Shown piece by piece: positions 15,656 through 25,308 of a stretch of 64,000 nucleotides of DNA. A program made the position numbers and the translations under genes. How positions within the stretch are numbered: position 1 is the first letter of the stretch; every line of letters starts with the position of its first letter. Location: positions 310,001-374,000 of the IMG/VR virus record IMGVR_UViG_3300036770_003657. One strand, 5' to 3'. Below the pieces are notes generated by a model. It was not told the DNA's origin. It saw only the letters and a program-made list of their open reading frames with translations, and ran no database searches.

Positions 15656-16121
15656 AAAGGTTATTCCAGACTTCTTGTTTTTTCATTTCTTTAATTTCAT
15701 CGTCATATGGATGACTACCATCGAACCTATAGTGATAACGTAGAGCATCAGCACATACTATGTTCTTCTCTACAATATGTCTAAGATCTTCCCTACCACA
15801 GAGTAATCTTTCTCTACATAAGTCTACATTGTCCTGCATGAGATCAACTCCGTAAACTGTAGATAACGCCTGTTCAAAGGTTGAACCATTCTCCATCTTG
15901 CGGATTAAGACTTCGCCAAGGAACTGTCCATCACCGCAAGTAGGGTCCAGGAAAGTTTTGGTAGTATCAGTAAACACTTCTTCGGGTAATTGTGTTAGTA
16001 TTTCTTGAACAAGAGGAGTCGGGGTAAAGACTTCTCCCGTTGCCTTTACCCTTGCCTGTTCTCGCTCTACACCACTCATGTAATCACGGTCGCGGATGTG
16101 ATTGATTATGTCATTTAACAT
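15612..16121 (-). CDS. N6-adenine DNA methyltransferase-like small subunit
   Basis: RVKATGEVFTP (motif X), FLDPTCGDGQF (motif I), YGVDL; no NPPY. Start overlaps the upstream stop. Confidence 0.75.
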   Translation of the reverse strand: MLNDIINHIRDRDYMSGVEREQARVKATGEVFTPTPLVQEILTQLPEEVFTDTTKTFLDPTCGDGQFLGEVLIRKMENGSTFEQALSTVYGVDLMQDNVDLCRERLLCGREDLRHIVEKNIVCADALRYHYRFDGSHPYDDEIKEMKKQEVWNNLFEYMEKDEKMSFMS

Positions 16122-19100
16122 TGGCTTCAACATAATCGATTTCATCTTGAGTAAGGCCGAAGTGAGCATATAGTTCTGCGTCAGTCCAAACCTTACTAGC
16201 GAGTTTAGGCAATGATGACAACACTTTTCCATTAAGGAAACCGCTCCATTTACCTGTGTTTACGACAAATTTGTAAAGTTTGCTATTAAGATAACTTAGG
16301 ATATGTTGTGATTCTGCTGAGTTTGTTAAAATATATTGGCATACTTCTGAGGTTCCCAGATTGCCTTCACTATAGAAAGGTTTAAAATAACCACTTGTAG
16401 TCCAAATAATCTTAGACTTTAAAAAGTCTTTTGATTGTTTTTTACAAAATTTTGTTTGAGCATTGGTATGGAATGTTTCATACTTGTAAGTCGTGTCTTT
16501 AGTGTCAGAAAAATTCTTATGCTTATGGTCGCTATGGCACGATGTATCGCAAAGAATATCTAACTTGGGGTGAGTCGAGTTAATTACTTTATCATGTATA
16601 GGAAATGTTTTAGAAAAATTTCTCGGAAGATATTGAAGTCTAGCAAGGTCAACTTCTAGTCCGTCAATCAATGCCGTTGAGGTATTCTTATTTTTTTGCA
16701 TGATCCATGCTGTAAAACTACTACCAACCGTAAAATATTTTCCAACTTCAGTATCAACCCAAATCAGAGAGTTATCTTTAAACATTTTGAGGACTTGACT
16801 GTTTGGGCTCATCCAACTGTCAGGGGTAACAAATGCAATATACCCATCTGTGTTGAGTAGTTCAGATCCTTTGTCAACAAACTTACTCCACAAATTATGA
16901 CTCTTGGGTTGTTTTGTTCCCTTATCATTGTTACCTTGATAAGGAGGATTACCTACAATAACATCAAATTTCATATCAAACTCCAATTCTGTAAAGTCGC
17001 CTTGCATTACTGTGATGCCAGGATACTTGCGTTTAATCTGGTTGCAGAGAAAACTGTATTTGTCATTATACACAATCTTGTCTACAATAGCAACGCCAAA
17101 CATGTCCACAAGCACATCAATCTCCGATCCGTGACCACCTGCTACTACAAGGATCTGACGGCAATGCTTACTTTTGATAAAACGCTTTAGTTCTCTGTTA
17201 CCAAAAATATCAAACCAAAGTTTAAGATCATCTTTGAGAATGGCCAGGGCATTATTCTCAATGTGCTTTTGTTTATTATTATATTTACTCATCCGCACAA
17301 TCATGTCTAGCGTGGAAATCTCTAGACGACTAGCAAGACGCTTGATGGTGCCGGGATACACTCCGTAAAGTTCTGCAAACTCTCGGCTCATTTCTGCATT
17401 GACATCGATGATATCTACACACTCAAGGAAACTTTCACCTTGATAATTGCTCAGGGCCAACACAGTTGTGGCACTTCCGTTGATCATACGGATGGCTTTT
17501 TCTACGATCACCTTAAGAGGATTTTTTTTTGGTCGGCCCGATGCTGTATGACCTGAATCAAAAGTCTTGCCAGTGGCAACGACTTTGTCAATTTTAGATT
17601 TCTCTGCCTTACTTCCAGATGATCGTTTGGCCAATTCGCCAAAGGCTTCGATCTCTTCAGAAGTCAAATCCTCTAGAGTAATGCGAGTATGAGCATTGGC
17701 AATCTCCAACAGTTTATTGTTGTCTTCGAACTGCTTAATAACTTCGTCAGCATCAATCCATTGACCAGAAACCATGTCCTTGATGTTGACACTATTCAAC
17801 ACTTCTCGAACAGCGTCAGGATAGGTTTTTCCTTTTTGTCGAATCAACAGAGCCGCTTCTACTGCTACGCTCATCACAGTATTGCGAGTCTTACTTTGGT
17901 CAAAGGCAAAGTCAAAGATGTGACCAAACTTTTTGCCATAGCCGGGTGTAAGGCAACGACTGTATTTTTGCATGTAAGGATAGACATCGCCACCTTCTTG
18001 CATAAACAAGCAGGCCTGGATCTCAGGAATACTGTAACTGCGAGTGCCCATCATGTTGGTGATCACCAACAGTTTGTTGCGGCCTTCATAGTATCCGTTT
18101 TGCAAGCGGACCAGTTCTTCTTTGGTATCGCCTTCAGAATCTTTGTTGTTGGTGTGATCGCCGTGTAATACTTTTACCTTATGCTCGGGGCAGGCCTTTT
18201 CAATGACTTCGGCAAGTTGGTCCATTGCCAGTTTGGGAATATTAACAAACAGCATAGAATTTTGAATCTCTTCGCCGGCACAGTCACTTATGTTAAATCC
18301 ATAAATTGGCTGGTATCCAAAGATGTCCTGGAATAGTGCAGATATAAATTTCTGCTGGCTCAATGGCTTTGCTAGAATCTTTGTGATGTTAGGCAACAGA
18401 TCCTTATCAAAATCTTCCAGCAGTTTGTTGATGCGGCCGCTGAACAACATATTGTAGAATCTACGCACTACTACATTAGGAATACTTTTATCCTGTTCTA
18501 CCATGCAGTAAGGAACACTAATAATTTCATCGATGGCATTCTTGCCAAACGCCTTGGCTAGTCGACCGATGTTAGTTCCGCTGGCGTTGATTCGCGTTAC
18601 AGTCTTGTTTGCTAGAATGTATTCAACCTTTTCGACTTGACTGTCAGTGTGAGTGCCAAAGTCTGTTTCTTCTAGCAAGGCAATATGTGTGCCAGTAAGT
18701 TTGTTGATCCATTCGTATTTTTCTTCTGCTTCCGGATTCAGACTAACAAACACAACGGGCATCTTACCATCTGCGATAGCCTGTTGATATTGTTGTTCTG
18801 CGTCCGAATCGGCGGCATCAATAAACGTCATGCAAGCAAAATCAATATACTTGCCGATTTCATCTTTGTAAGAAGTCTTAACACTGAGCCCAACGCCGTA
18901 GGCCATAATAAACATCGACTCGTGCCCAAACTCTTCTCGCATGGTTTTTGCAAGGGACAGGAACAAGATAGTTTTACCAATTCGTGCCGCAAGTTCGCAT
19001 ACAAAATTAGTTACGATACCATTTTGGCGAAGAGCAGACAAAACTTTTTTAATAACTAGAATCTGAACTTCTCGCAAATTTGCAGCCTGCTTTACATGAT

Positions 19101-19545
19101 TAGGGTTGAGTTTTGCAGCACATCTGCGGATTTTCTCATTAAGCCAAACACGAATGGGCTCAAAATCTTTGGATTTTAGAAACTGTTTGACGAGCATTTC
19201 TTCTACAGCAATACGAAACACCTCATTCTTTTTGCCTGTGTTTGGGTCCTGTAGTTGAGCCGCAAAGGTTTGGCGGATTTCTTTATGCAGGCTGTAATCG
19301 CTATATCCTGGTGTAGGGATAGAGTCTAACAAGTAATGTTGCCATTTTAGATTTTTGGAACTTGTATGTCCTTCCATTCGACTTGCAATAGTGCTATGTT
19401 CAGCATCTTCGCGTGTCTGCCCTACACCAAATTCTAAAAAGCCAGTAGATAGCATAGCCTCAATTCGGGGTGCAGTAGTATCTATGTAAATTCCTTGGCA
19501 GTCCGTTTTAAGACCAAGTTCTACAGGACTTTTAACATAACTCAT
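16111..19545 (-). CDS. SF2-helicase / Eco57I-like DNA methyltransferase fusion (R-M-like enzyme)
   Basis: AARIGKT (Walker A-like), LLEETDFG, SGT, FDVIVGNPPYQ, FVTPDSW, C-terminal LYAHFGLTQDEIDYVE. Confidence 0.75.
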   Translation of the reverse strand: MSYVKSPVELGLKTDCQGIYIDTTAPRIEAMLSTGFLEFGVGQTREDAEHSTIASRMEGHTSSKNLKWQHYLLDSIPTPGYSDYSLHKEIRQTFAAQLQDPNTGKKNEVFRIAVEEMLVKQFLKSKDFEPIRVWLNEKIRRCAAKLNPNHVKQAANLREVQILVIKKVLSALRQNGIVTNFVCELAARIGKTILFLSLAKTMREEFGHESMFIMAYGVGLSVKTSYKDEIGKYIDFACMTFIDAADSDAEQQYQQAIADGKMPVVFVSLNPEAEEKYEWINKLTGTHIALLEETDFGTHTDSQVEKVEYILANKTVTRINASGTNIGRLAKAFGKNAIDEIISVPYCMVEQDKSIPNVVVRRFYNMLFSGRINKLLEDFDKDLLPNITKILAKPLSQQKFISALFQDIFGYQPIYGFNISDCAGEEIQNSMLFVNIPKLAMDQLAEVIEKACPEHKVKVLHGDHTNNKDSEGDTKEELVRLQNGYYEGRNKLLVITNMMGTRSYSIPEIQACLFMQEGGDVYPYMQKYSRCLTPGYGKKFGHIFDFAFDQSKTRNTVMSVAVEAALLIRQKGKTYPDAVREVLNSVNIKDMVSGQWIDADEVIKQFEDNNKLLEIANAHTRITLEDLTSEEIEAFGELAKRSSGSKAEKSKIDKVVATGKTFDSGHTASGRPKKNPLKVIVEKAIRMINGSATTVLALSNYQGESFLECVDIIDVNAEMSREFAELYGVYPGTIKRLASRLEISTLDMIVRMSKYNNKQKHIENNALAILKDDLKLWFDIFGNRELKRFIKSKHCRQILVVAGGHGSEIDVLVDMFGVAIVDKIVYNDKYSFLCNQIKRKYPGITVMQGDFTELEFDMKFDVIVGNPPYQGNNDKGTKQPKSHNLWSKFVDKGSELLNTDGYIAFVTPDSWMSPNSQVLKMFKDNSLIWVDTEVGKYFTVGSSFTAWIMQKNKNTSTALIDGLEVDLARLQYLPRNFSKTFPIHDKVINSTHPKLDILCDTSCHSDHKHKNFSDTKDTTYKYETFHTNAQTKFCKKQSKDFLKSKIIWTTSGYFKPFYSEGNLGTSEVCQYILTNSAESQHILSYLNSKLYKFVVNTGKWSGFLNGKVLSSLPKLASKVWTDAELYAHFGLTQDEIDYVEANVK

Positions 19546-19718
19546 TCTTCATCTCCAAAATCAGCGTTATCAATTTGCTCTTGCCAAAATGCACGAGCAT
19601 CCTTTTCGTTTTCAAAACTTTCCAAAACGTTCATACCACCCAAAGGATGAGGAAACCAAACTAACCAAATTTGGTCATCTTCATCATATGTACAATATAG
19701 TTCTACTGGATCTTCCAT
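19542..19718 (-). CDS. 58-aa highly acidic protein, leaderless, coupled to the R-M gene
   Basis: MEDPVELYC...DFGDEE*; TGA overlaps the ATG of 19545; TATAAT 6 nt upstream of ATG. Confidence 0.65.
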   Translation of the reverse strand: MEDPVELYCTYDEDDQIWLVWFPHPLGGMNVLESFENEKDARAFWQEQIDNADFGDEE

Positions 19719-19724
19719 GTTCGT

Positions 19725-19753
19725 ATTATAGTATAAGTCCTATATGTTGTCAA
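19725..19753 (-). promoter_or_regulatory. Consensus sigma70 promoter
   Basis: TTGACA-17-TATAAT. Confidence 0.85.
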
Positions 19754-19820
19754 GTGTTGCAATATTACTACACAATTTTTGATAAACTGTTTACAATTGT
19801 TTAACAATTTTCTTGACACA

Positions 19821-19849
19821 ATTATAGTAAATCTTGCTTTACATGTCAA
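19821..19849 (-). promoter_or_regulatory. Consensus sigma70 promoter
   Basis: TTGACA-17-TATAAT, inside inverted repeat TTCTTGACA...TGTCAAGAA. Confidence 0.8.
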
Positions 19850-19992
19850 GAATTTATATTACTCTTTGGCTGACAAAATTGTCTGCGTATAACCAATGTA
19901 GTTGCTTATGTGCGGTAGACTGCACTACAATAGTGCTACGATGTTTAACTTTTTTAATATATCTATACTGACGCATAGATAATACGGTTTAC

Positions 19993-20757
19993 GTGTCAAT
20001 TGGTGTAGATATATTGTTAAGTATTAGTACAACCAAGGAAATAGAAGTGAGTGATAAAACACAGTTTACCTATGTGATGAAATATTTTAATCCAGAAGAT
20101 TTTGAAACATTAGGATCTGCTATTAAAAGAGATCTTAACGGAGAAGTCGAAGTTTATAATGGTATCGAAGATTTATTTCCTTTACTTAGTAATCCTTTCT
20201 ATAATACTGACTATGTATTCATTGATATAGAAGGTTTTTATAGTGTAGGGCATAGTGATGTATTTGAATTAATACAGACATTAAACACCCTACTCAAATG
20301 TACAGTACATAAACAAACACCAAGTAGTAAACCAAAACAACGATCAACTAAAATTGTTGTTTTAGTTCAATCAACAACAGATCCCTGTCTCATCAAGGAA
20401 GTAATAAAAATACCTTCTATCTATGGTGTGTTGGCCAGAGTAGGTGATGGTATAAGTTATGAAAACGCTTTAGAAGATTGTAGGCAATTATTGGCTGGTA
20501 AATCCGGTCCTGGTAGGTTAGTGGTGAACCTACTTAAAAAACCTAAAGTTGTAGTTAAACCTATATCGTCGGAGATCGCAATGACTCCAAGACAAAAACA
20601 GATCATGGATCTTATCTGTAGCAAAGGTGCCAGCAATAAACACATTGCTCGCATATTGGCTATCAGTGAAAGTACTGTAAAATTACACGTGGGACATATT
20701 TTCAAAAAATATGGAGTGCGTAGTAGAACACAATTGGCAGTGTTCAATCGTAAGTAA
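19993..20757 (+). CDS. LuxR-family HTH regulator with degenerate receiver-like N-terminus
   Basis: MTPRQKQIMDL...SNKHIARIL.ISESTVKLHV..IFKK.GV.SR.Q. Confidence 0.85.
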   Translation: MSIGVDILLSISTTKEIEVSDKTQFTYVMKYFNPEDFETLGSAIKRDLNGEVEVYNGIEDLFPLLSNPFYNTDYVFIDIEGFYSVGHSDVFELIQTLNTLLKCTVHKQTPSSKPKQRSTKIVVLVQSTTDPCLIKEVIKIPSIYGVLARVGDGISYENALEDCRQLLAGKSGPGRLVVNLLKKPKVVVKPISSEIAMTPRQKQIMDLICSKGASNKHIARILAISESTVKLHVGHIFKKYGVRSRTQLAVFNRK

Positions 20758-20855
20758 AGAAGTATATTCAGTATCTTAGTATACCTTTTTAGCCATCTTA
20801 ACTCTTTAAGTACATATGAGAGGGCATGAGCCCTCCCATATATAGGAGATAAAAT

Positions 20856-21512
20856 ATGGCAGATATTTTTACAGGTACAGCGACTGGGTTTGTAAACAAC
20901 TATCCAGAAACTACCACAGCGGCACTAAGCGATATTCGCCTAGAGCAAATGAAGCAAAGCAGCGATGTGCTCGACGCTATAAAGGATGCTCGTCATGAAT
21001 TACTTGACAGCACAGGTAGTGGTACCGATCGTATCACTGACCGTGTCAATGCGTTAGATTCTAAAACCGGTGATCGCTTCTTTGATGTCGGTCGTGACAC
21101 ACAAGACATTCGTGCTCAGATTATTTCAGCACAACAGGCCATGGTTGCTGGATTCATGGGTGCATCAAAAGATGCTGAAATCAACGCACTAAAGACACAG
21201 GTTGAATTGGCCAAGCAGAGCACTTATCTCAGCGATAAGATTGATTCTGATGGTGAAAAGACTCGTGCTCTTGTAAACAGTTTGAAAGAGCAAGATTTAA
21301 ATCGTATGCTAATTGAGCGTAATACTCTATTATCAGAAGAGCGTTTTGGTCGTAGATATTGGAGTCATGGGGCTGATCAAGGTCAATGGGCTGCATTGAA
21401 TAGCCAGTTACAGGCTTTCCAAAGTCAACTACAGGAAACTCGCCAAGGTATGGTTAACTTCGGTACTATGGCAGGAGTAGGACAGACATCGACCAGCAAT
21501 AATGTAAGATAA
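20856..21512 (+). CDS. Hypothetical helical/coiled-coil protein
   Basis: Strong SD AGGAG; 218 aa. Confidence 0.7.
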   Translation: MADIFTGTATGFVNNYPETTTAALSDIRLEQMKQSSDVLDAIKDARHELLDSTGSGTDRITDRVNALDSKTGDRFFDVGRDTQDIRAQIISAQQAMVAGFMGASKDAEINALKTQVELAKQSTYLSDKIDSDGEKTRALVNSLKEQDLNRMLIERNTLLSEERFGRRYWSHGADQGQWAALNSQLQAFQSQLQETRQGMVNFGTMAGVGQTSTSNNVR

Positions 21513-21548
21513 TCTTACCTTATCTGTTCCTTATTGTCTGTAGTTGGG

Positions 21549-21571
21549 GTGGGCCGTTATGGCCCACTTTT
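21549..21571 (+). terminator. Intrinsic terminator
   Basis: GTGGGCC-GTTAT-GGCCCAC-TTTT. Confidence 0.65.
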
Positions 21572-21582
21572 ATGGAGTCATT

Positions 21583-22281
21583 ATGGATACGCATCACAGA
21601 AAACTTATAGAATTAAATCAAGCATTACTCAAATTACACTATGGTGAAAAAATATCTGACGACCTGTTACAGCAGGCTCAATATGCTATAGCAGGAGGTA
21701 TTGATACTGGTCCAGGTAATGATACTGTAATAATAAATCAAGGAGCGAATAATGGAACACAATGCGTCCAAGGAATCCAAGGTACCCAAGGACTTCAAGG
21801 TATTGGAGGAGATGCACAAGGTATTCAAGGAATCCAAGGACTTCAAGGCACCGATGGAGCACAGGGCGCCCAGGGTATCCAAGGTATACAAGGACCTGGA
21901 GGAGAGAGTGGCACGCCTGGAAGCCAAGGCCTTCAAGGACTCGATGGCCCTGTCGGACCTATTGGCCCGCCTGGAAAATGTACTTGTGAGTGCAAGGCAA
22001 TTTTGGTATCAGAAGACTACAGTGCTGACAGTACTGATTACTATATTGGCGTTAATAGTGATGGACCGACTGTTATTGAACTTCCCTGTGATGTTAGAGA
22101 TTGTCTCGAAATTATTGTAAAAGCAGAAATGGGACCACCTTTAGGTAATCGTAAGATAACAATCATTCCCTGTCAAGACAGCACAGCCTGTAAGATAGAT
22201 GGAGAGGATAGTTATGTTATTGAAGTACCTTACCAATCAGTGAATTTAATCTACCGTGGTGGAAATTGGTGGATTGTTTAG
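21583..22281 (+). CDS. Collagen-like (G-X-Y) protein with C-terminal beta domain
   Basis: QGIQGTQGLQG...GPVGPIGPPGKCTCEC; SD GGAG before ATG 21583. Confidence 0.85.
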   Translation: MDTHHRKLIELNQALLKLHYGEKISDDLLQQAQYAIAGGIDTGPGNDTVIINQGANNGTQCVQGIQGTQGLQGIGGDAQGIQGIQGLQGTDGAQGAQGIQGIQGPGGESGTPGSQGLQGLDGPVGPIGPPGKCTCECKAILVSEDYSADSTDYYIGVNSDGPTVIELPCDVRDCLEIIVKAEMGPPLGNRKITIIPCQDSTACKIDGEDSYVIEVPYQSVNLIYRGGNWWIV

Positions 22282-22289
22282 GAGCGAAT

Positions 22290-22481
22290 ATGTATTATAG
22301 AGATTACCGTAGACCGTATCATAGAGACTATTATTATAGGCCGTATTATAGGCCCTATTATGATTGGATGCTGTATGATGCCTACAGAGATAGGGATTAT
22401 TATAGAGACAAATACTTGGACGAACTATACAAAGTAAATCCATGTGATTACAGTGACCTACTATGTAGGTATAGAAGATAA
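22290..22481 (+). CDS. Tyr/Arg/Asp-rich small protein
   Basis: MYYRDYRRPYHRDYYYRPYYRPYYD...; SD AGGAG. Confidence 0.7.
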   Translation: MYYRDYRRPYHRDYYYRPYYRPYYDWMLYDAYRDRDYYRDKYLDELYKVNPCDYSDLLCRYRR

Positions 22482-22491
22482 AGGATGAATT

Positions 22492-23025
22492 ATGATCAGT
22501 ACAATAACTTTTAGAAATAATGTAAACAATTTTTGGTATAACTGGTGTGACTGGATAGAGGATTATACTAGCCTAACCGGTACTAGCAGTGATACCAGTG
22601 AGTTATATTGGAAAATTACAAGAAGCATACAGGATTTTTATGATCCAGTTAAATCAGCCTATGGAAAAATGGCAGCAGAAAATGTTTGCCGGTACCTACT
22701 AGGAATGTTTGAAGGGCTAGTTCAGGCCAAAACATTAATTGAGAATAACGTAGATCCACAGGTAATAACAGACAGAGTGGCACCTAATGTAGTAGGTGGG
22801 TTAGTTACCACCTTAAGTAGTCTTAATTCAGATTGGACCAGTGAAGTACTAACTCCTGTGTTTGTCAATATTTGGACTGCTTGGCTGGAGCATTGTACTG
22901 CTACACTGGCCAGTGATATGACAGCAGCAGATGCCGCTGAATCTAAGGCACTAATTAATTCATTAGCATTTGCCGATGCATTTGTTAATGGAACAATAAA
23001 ACAGTACAACCCAATCTTTTTTTAA
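22492..23025 (+). CDS. Hypothetical helical protein
   Basis: 177-aa ORF, SD AAGGA. Confidence 0.65.
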   Translation: MISTITFRNNVNNFWYNWCDWIEDYTSLTGTSSDTSELYWKITRSIQDFYDPVKSAYGKMAAENVCRYLLGMFEGLVQAKTLIENNVDPQVITDRVAPNVVGGLVTTLSSLNSDWTSEVLTPVFVNIWTAWLEHCTATLASDMTAADAAESKALINSLAFADAFVNGTIKQYNPIFF

Positions 23026-23038
23026 TAAGGAAATAAAA

Positions 23039-23158
23039 ATGTCAAATGAATGTGATCCAATTAGCCCACCACCCCCACCAACTCCAGTGTGTGAACCCCC
23101 ACCTCCGCCACCAGAGGAAACACCACCAGTTCCAGAACCTACCCCACAACCCAATTAA
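23039..23158 (+). CDS. 39-aa Pro-rich peptide
   Basis: MSNECDPISPPPPPTPVCEPPPPPPEETPPVPEPTPQPN*; SD AAGGA. Confidence 0.65.
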   Translation: MSNECDPISPPPPPTPVCEPPPPPPEETPPVPEPTPQPN

Positions 23159-23175
23159 ATTTTTAAGGAGCGAAG

Positions 23176-23805
23176 ATGAGTTATTTGAGCGAAGGCACTA
23201 GTAAAACCGACTACGGCGTAGTTAAAGTTGGTAATTTTATTAATGTAGATGAAGGTATAGTTAGCTTAGAACAGGATGTTAGTCCTAATGCTGATGTTAT
23301 TTTTAATAAAGTTGAAAGTATAGAAGTATACGATAGTGATGATCGTGTTGTTACTAGTGTTACTCTTAGCAGTGGTGACAATGGTATTGAAATTAACAGC
23401 AGTGTAACCACAGGGCCAACTACAAGTTTTACCATAAACAATACTGGTGTTAGAAGATTAACAGCAGGTCCTGGCATAGACCTAAGTGATAGTTCTGGTG
23501 AAATTGTAGTCAGTGCCACAGGTGCTGATCTGATCAGTGTATATGGTACAACCACAAGTTATACCGCTACAGCAGATGATGAATATATAGGTGTTAGTAG
23601 TGCCAGTGCTGTAACAATCACTCTACCTAATGCGGATCCAGGTAGAGTGTATTACATTAAAGATGAATATGGACAAGGCAGTGGAAAAATTACAATCCAA
23701 CCACAAGTTGGTACACTTATTGATAGGAAAAATAATTATATAATTAGTGTTCCTCATCAAAGTGTAGCCGTTGTGTATAGAGCAGGAGGTTGGTGGTTAA
23801 TCTAA
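23176..23805 (+). CDS. Structural protein sharing its C-terminal domain with the collagen-like gene
   Basis: DDEYIGV...TITLP...IKDE.G...ITI...ID....I.VP.QSV..VYR.G.WW. Confidence 0.7.
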   Translation: MSYLSEGTSKTDYGVVKVGNFINVDEGIVSLEQDVSPNADVIFNKVESIEVYDSDDRVVTSVTLSSGDNGIEINSSVTTGPTTSFTINNTGVRRLTAGPGIDLSDSSGEIVVSATGADLISVYGTTTSYTATADDEYIGVSSASAVTITLPNADPGRVYYIKDEYGQGSGKITIQPQVGTLIDRKNNYIISVPHQSVAVVYRAGGWWLI

Positions 23806-24323
23806 ACCGCTTTACGTTCAGCGTCTTTGATAGCCAACCAAAGAAGGTCTTCAACCAATTGATTGAGGGTGACATCACGTTCGTGTGCCATCTTCATCAA
23901 TTGGAAGACTTCCTCATCACTGAGTTCTAATGGTACACTAACTTTATTGTCATAGTCCTCATTGGCCACAATCTTACGACTCTTTTCCAACCAATCTTCT
24001 TCTACTTCCAAATCAGTGTAGTCAATACCGTCCCAAGCCTGATTCATATAGTGTGAATTATGCTCACGAGCATAATCAAAATAAGCGGCCTTGTAGTGGG
24101 GATTGACTAAACGATAGGCACGCTCACGTTTATAGTCACAACTTTCTACCATATAGACTTCTTGGGTTAGGGTATCAAAAGTAATGTTCAAACTCCAACC
24201 ATCGGTCTCTCCATTCCAGGCACTGATCGAGTAGGCTCTGTCTCCAAAACAAGGCCAACCAAAATCACTACCTTCAGTGATACGATATTGACTTACTTCC
24301 ATAAATTGTTTAATAGTGATCAT
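23802..24323 (-). CDS. Conserved hypothetical phage protein
   Basis: MITIKQFMEV..YRITEGSDFGW.CFG; own promoter. Confidence 0.7.
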   Translation of the reverse strand: MITIKQFMEVSQYRITEGSDFGWPCFGDRAYSISAWNGETDGWSLNITFDTLTQEVYMVESCDYKRERAYRLVNPHYKAAYFDYAREHNSHYMNQAWDGIDYTDLEVEEDWLEKSRKIVANEDYDNKVSVPLELSDEEVFQLMKMAHERDVTLNQLVEDLLWLAIKDAERKAV

Positions 24324-24351
24324 ATTAGCCTCTACAGTTGTTAATGTGTGT

Positions 24352-24390
24352 ATTATACAGATAAAAAAAGGGACCGTCAAGTCCCTTTTT
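24352..24390 (-). promoter_or_regulatory. Terminator hairpin overlapping a sigma70 promoter
   Basis: AAAAAGGGAC-TTGACG-GTCCCTTTTT; the loop is the -35 hexamer, TATAAT 17 nt downstream. Confidence 0.75.
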
Positions 24391-24406
24391 AACCATTTCT
24401 AACGGA

Positions 24407-25282
24407 TTAGAAACGATGTACTAGACCAATACCAAATTGGCTTTGATCTGCTGCATTTACCTTGCTGTCTACATTACGATATGCTACTACTAAGTCAGTA
24501 CGCTTGCTCAAATGATAGTCTGCACCAATAGCGTATGCGTCTACATCACGATTGGTACGACCATAACTGGCCTTTAATGTTACTGGACCACTGGTACGTG
24601 CAACACCAACTAGATCACCTTTATGTGCATAAGCACCCTTGTTATCACTATGGCTGTAGGTCACACTAAATCCAGCAACTTTAGTGGCTGCTGTCAATAC
24701 TGTGCTTTCCTCACTGCCTGCATCATAACGTGCTACTGCTGCCTGTACGGGACCAACACGACCACTGCCACTAACTACAGTGATTTCCTGTGCTAGGCCT
24801 TGTGTTTGAGTTAGCCCAAGGTTAATACCTTTAACTGGGGTAACTGTTAGATGTACGGCATCACTGACACGTAGTCCACGTAGGTTGTGAACATCACCAA
24901 CTAGTGAACCATATACTGCACCGAATACATCACTGTCTGCGATAGTATTGAATAAGCCGTGTGTGGCACGACCAAGGCTAACACCAGCAAAGTTATTGGC
25001 TACACCAACAGTCATTTGACGATCTCCTAGGCGTGTGCCTGGTGTACCAAATGTGTTGTCGCCAATGCTGGTTTCTACAACTGCTGTAGCAGTTAAGGCA
25101 CCAACCTTTTCTTTGGCTGTAATGTTAAGATTGTTTGTGGGCTCTGTTGCTGCGGCAGTAGTTGAACGTGATCCAACTTCTACGTTTTGTACATATGCAC
25201 CAACTTTACCACCTAATGTTACCTGTGCTTGTGCTGCACCGGCAACGGCCATCAACGCTACTGCAAGAATAGTTTTCTTCAT
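24407..25282 (-). CDS. Gram-negative outer-membrane porin (Burkholderiales type)
   Basis: Signal peptide MKKTILAVAL..AQAQVTL, YHLSKRT, C-terminal GLVHRF. Confidence 0.88.
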   Translation of the reverse strand: MKKTILAVALMAVAGAAQAQVTLGGKVGAYVQNVEVGSRSTTAAATEPTNNLNITAKEKVGALTATAVVETSIGDNTFGTPGTRLGDRQMTVGVANNFAGVSLGRATHGLFNTIADSDVFGAVYGSLVGDVHNLRGLRVSDAVHLTVTPVKGINLGLTQTQGLAQEITVVSGSGRVGPVQAAVARYDAGSEESTVLTAATKVAGFSVTYSHSDNKGAYAHKGDLVGVARTSGPVTLKASYGRTNRDVDAYAIGADYHLSKRTDLVVAYRNVDSKVNAADQSQFGIGLVHRF

Positions 25283-25308
25283 AAATTTTCCTTTAAAAAA
25301 GTTTCTAA

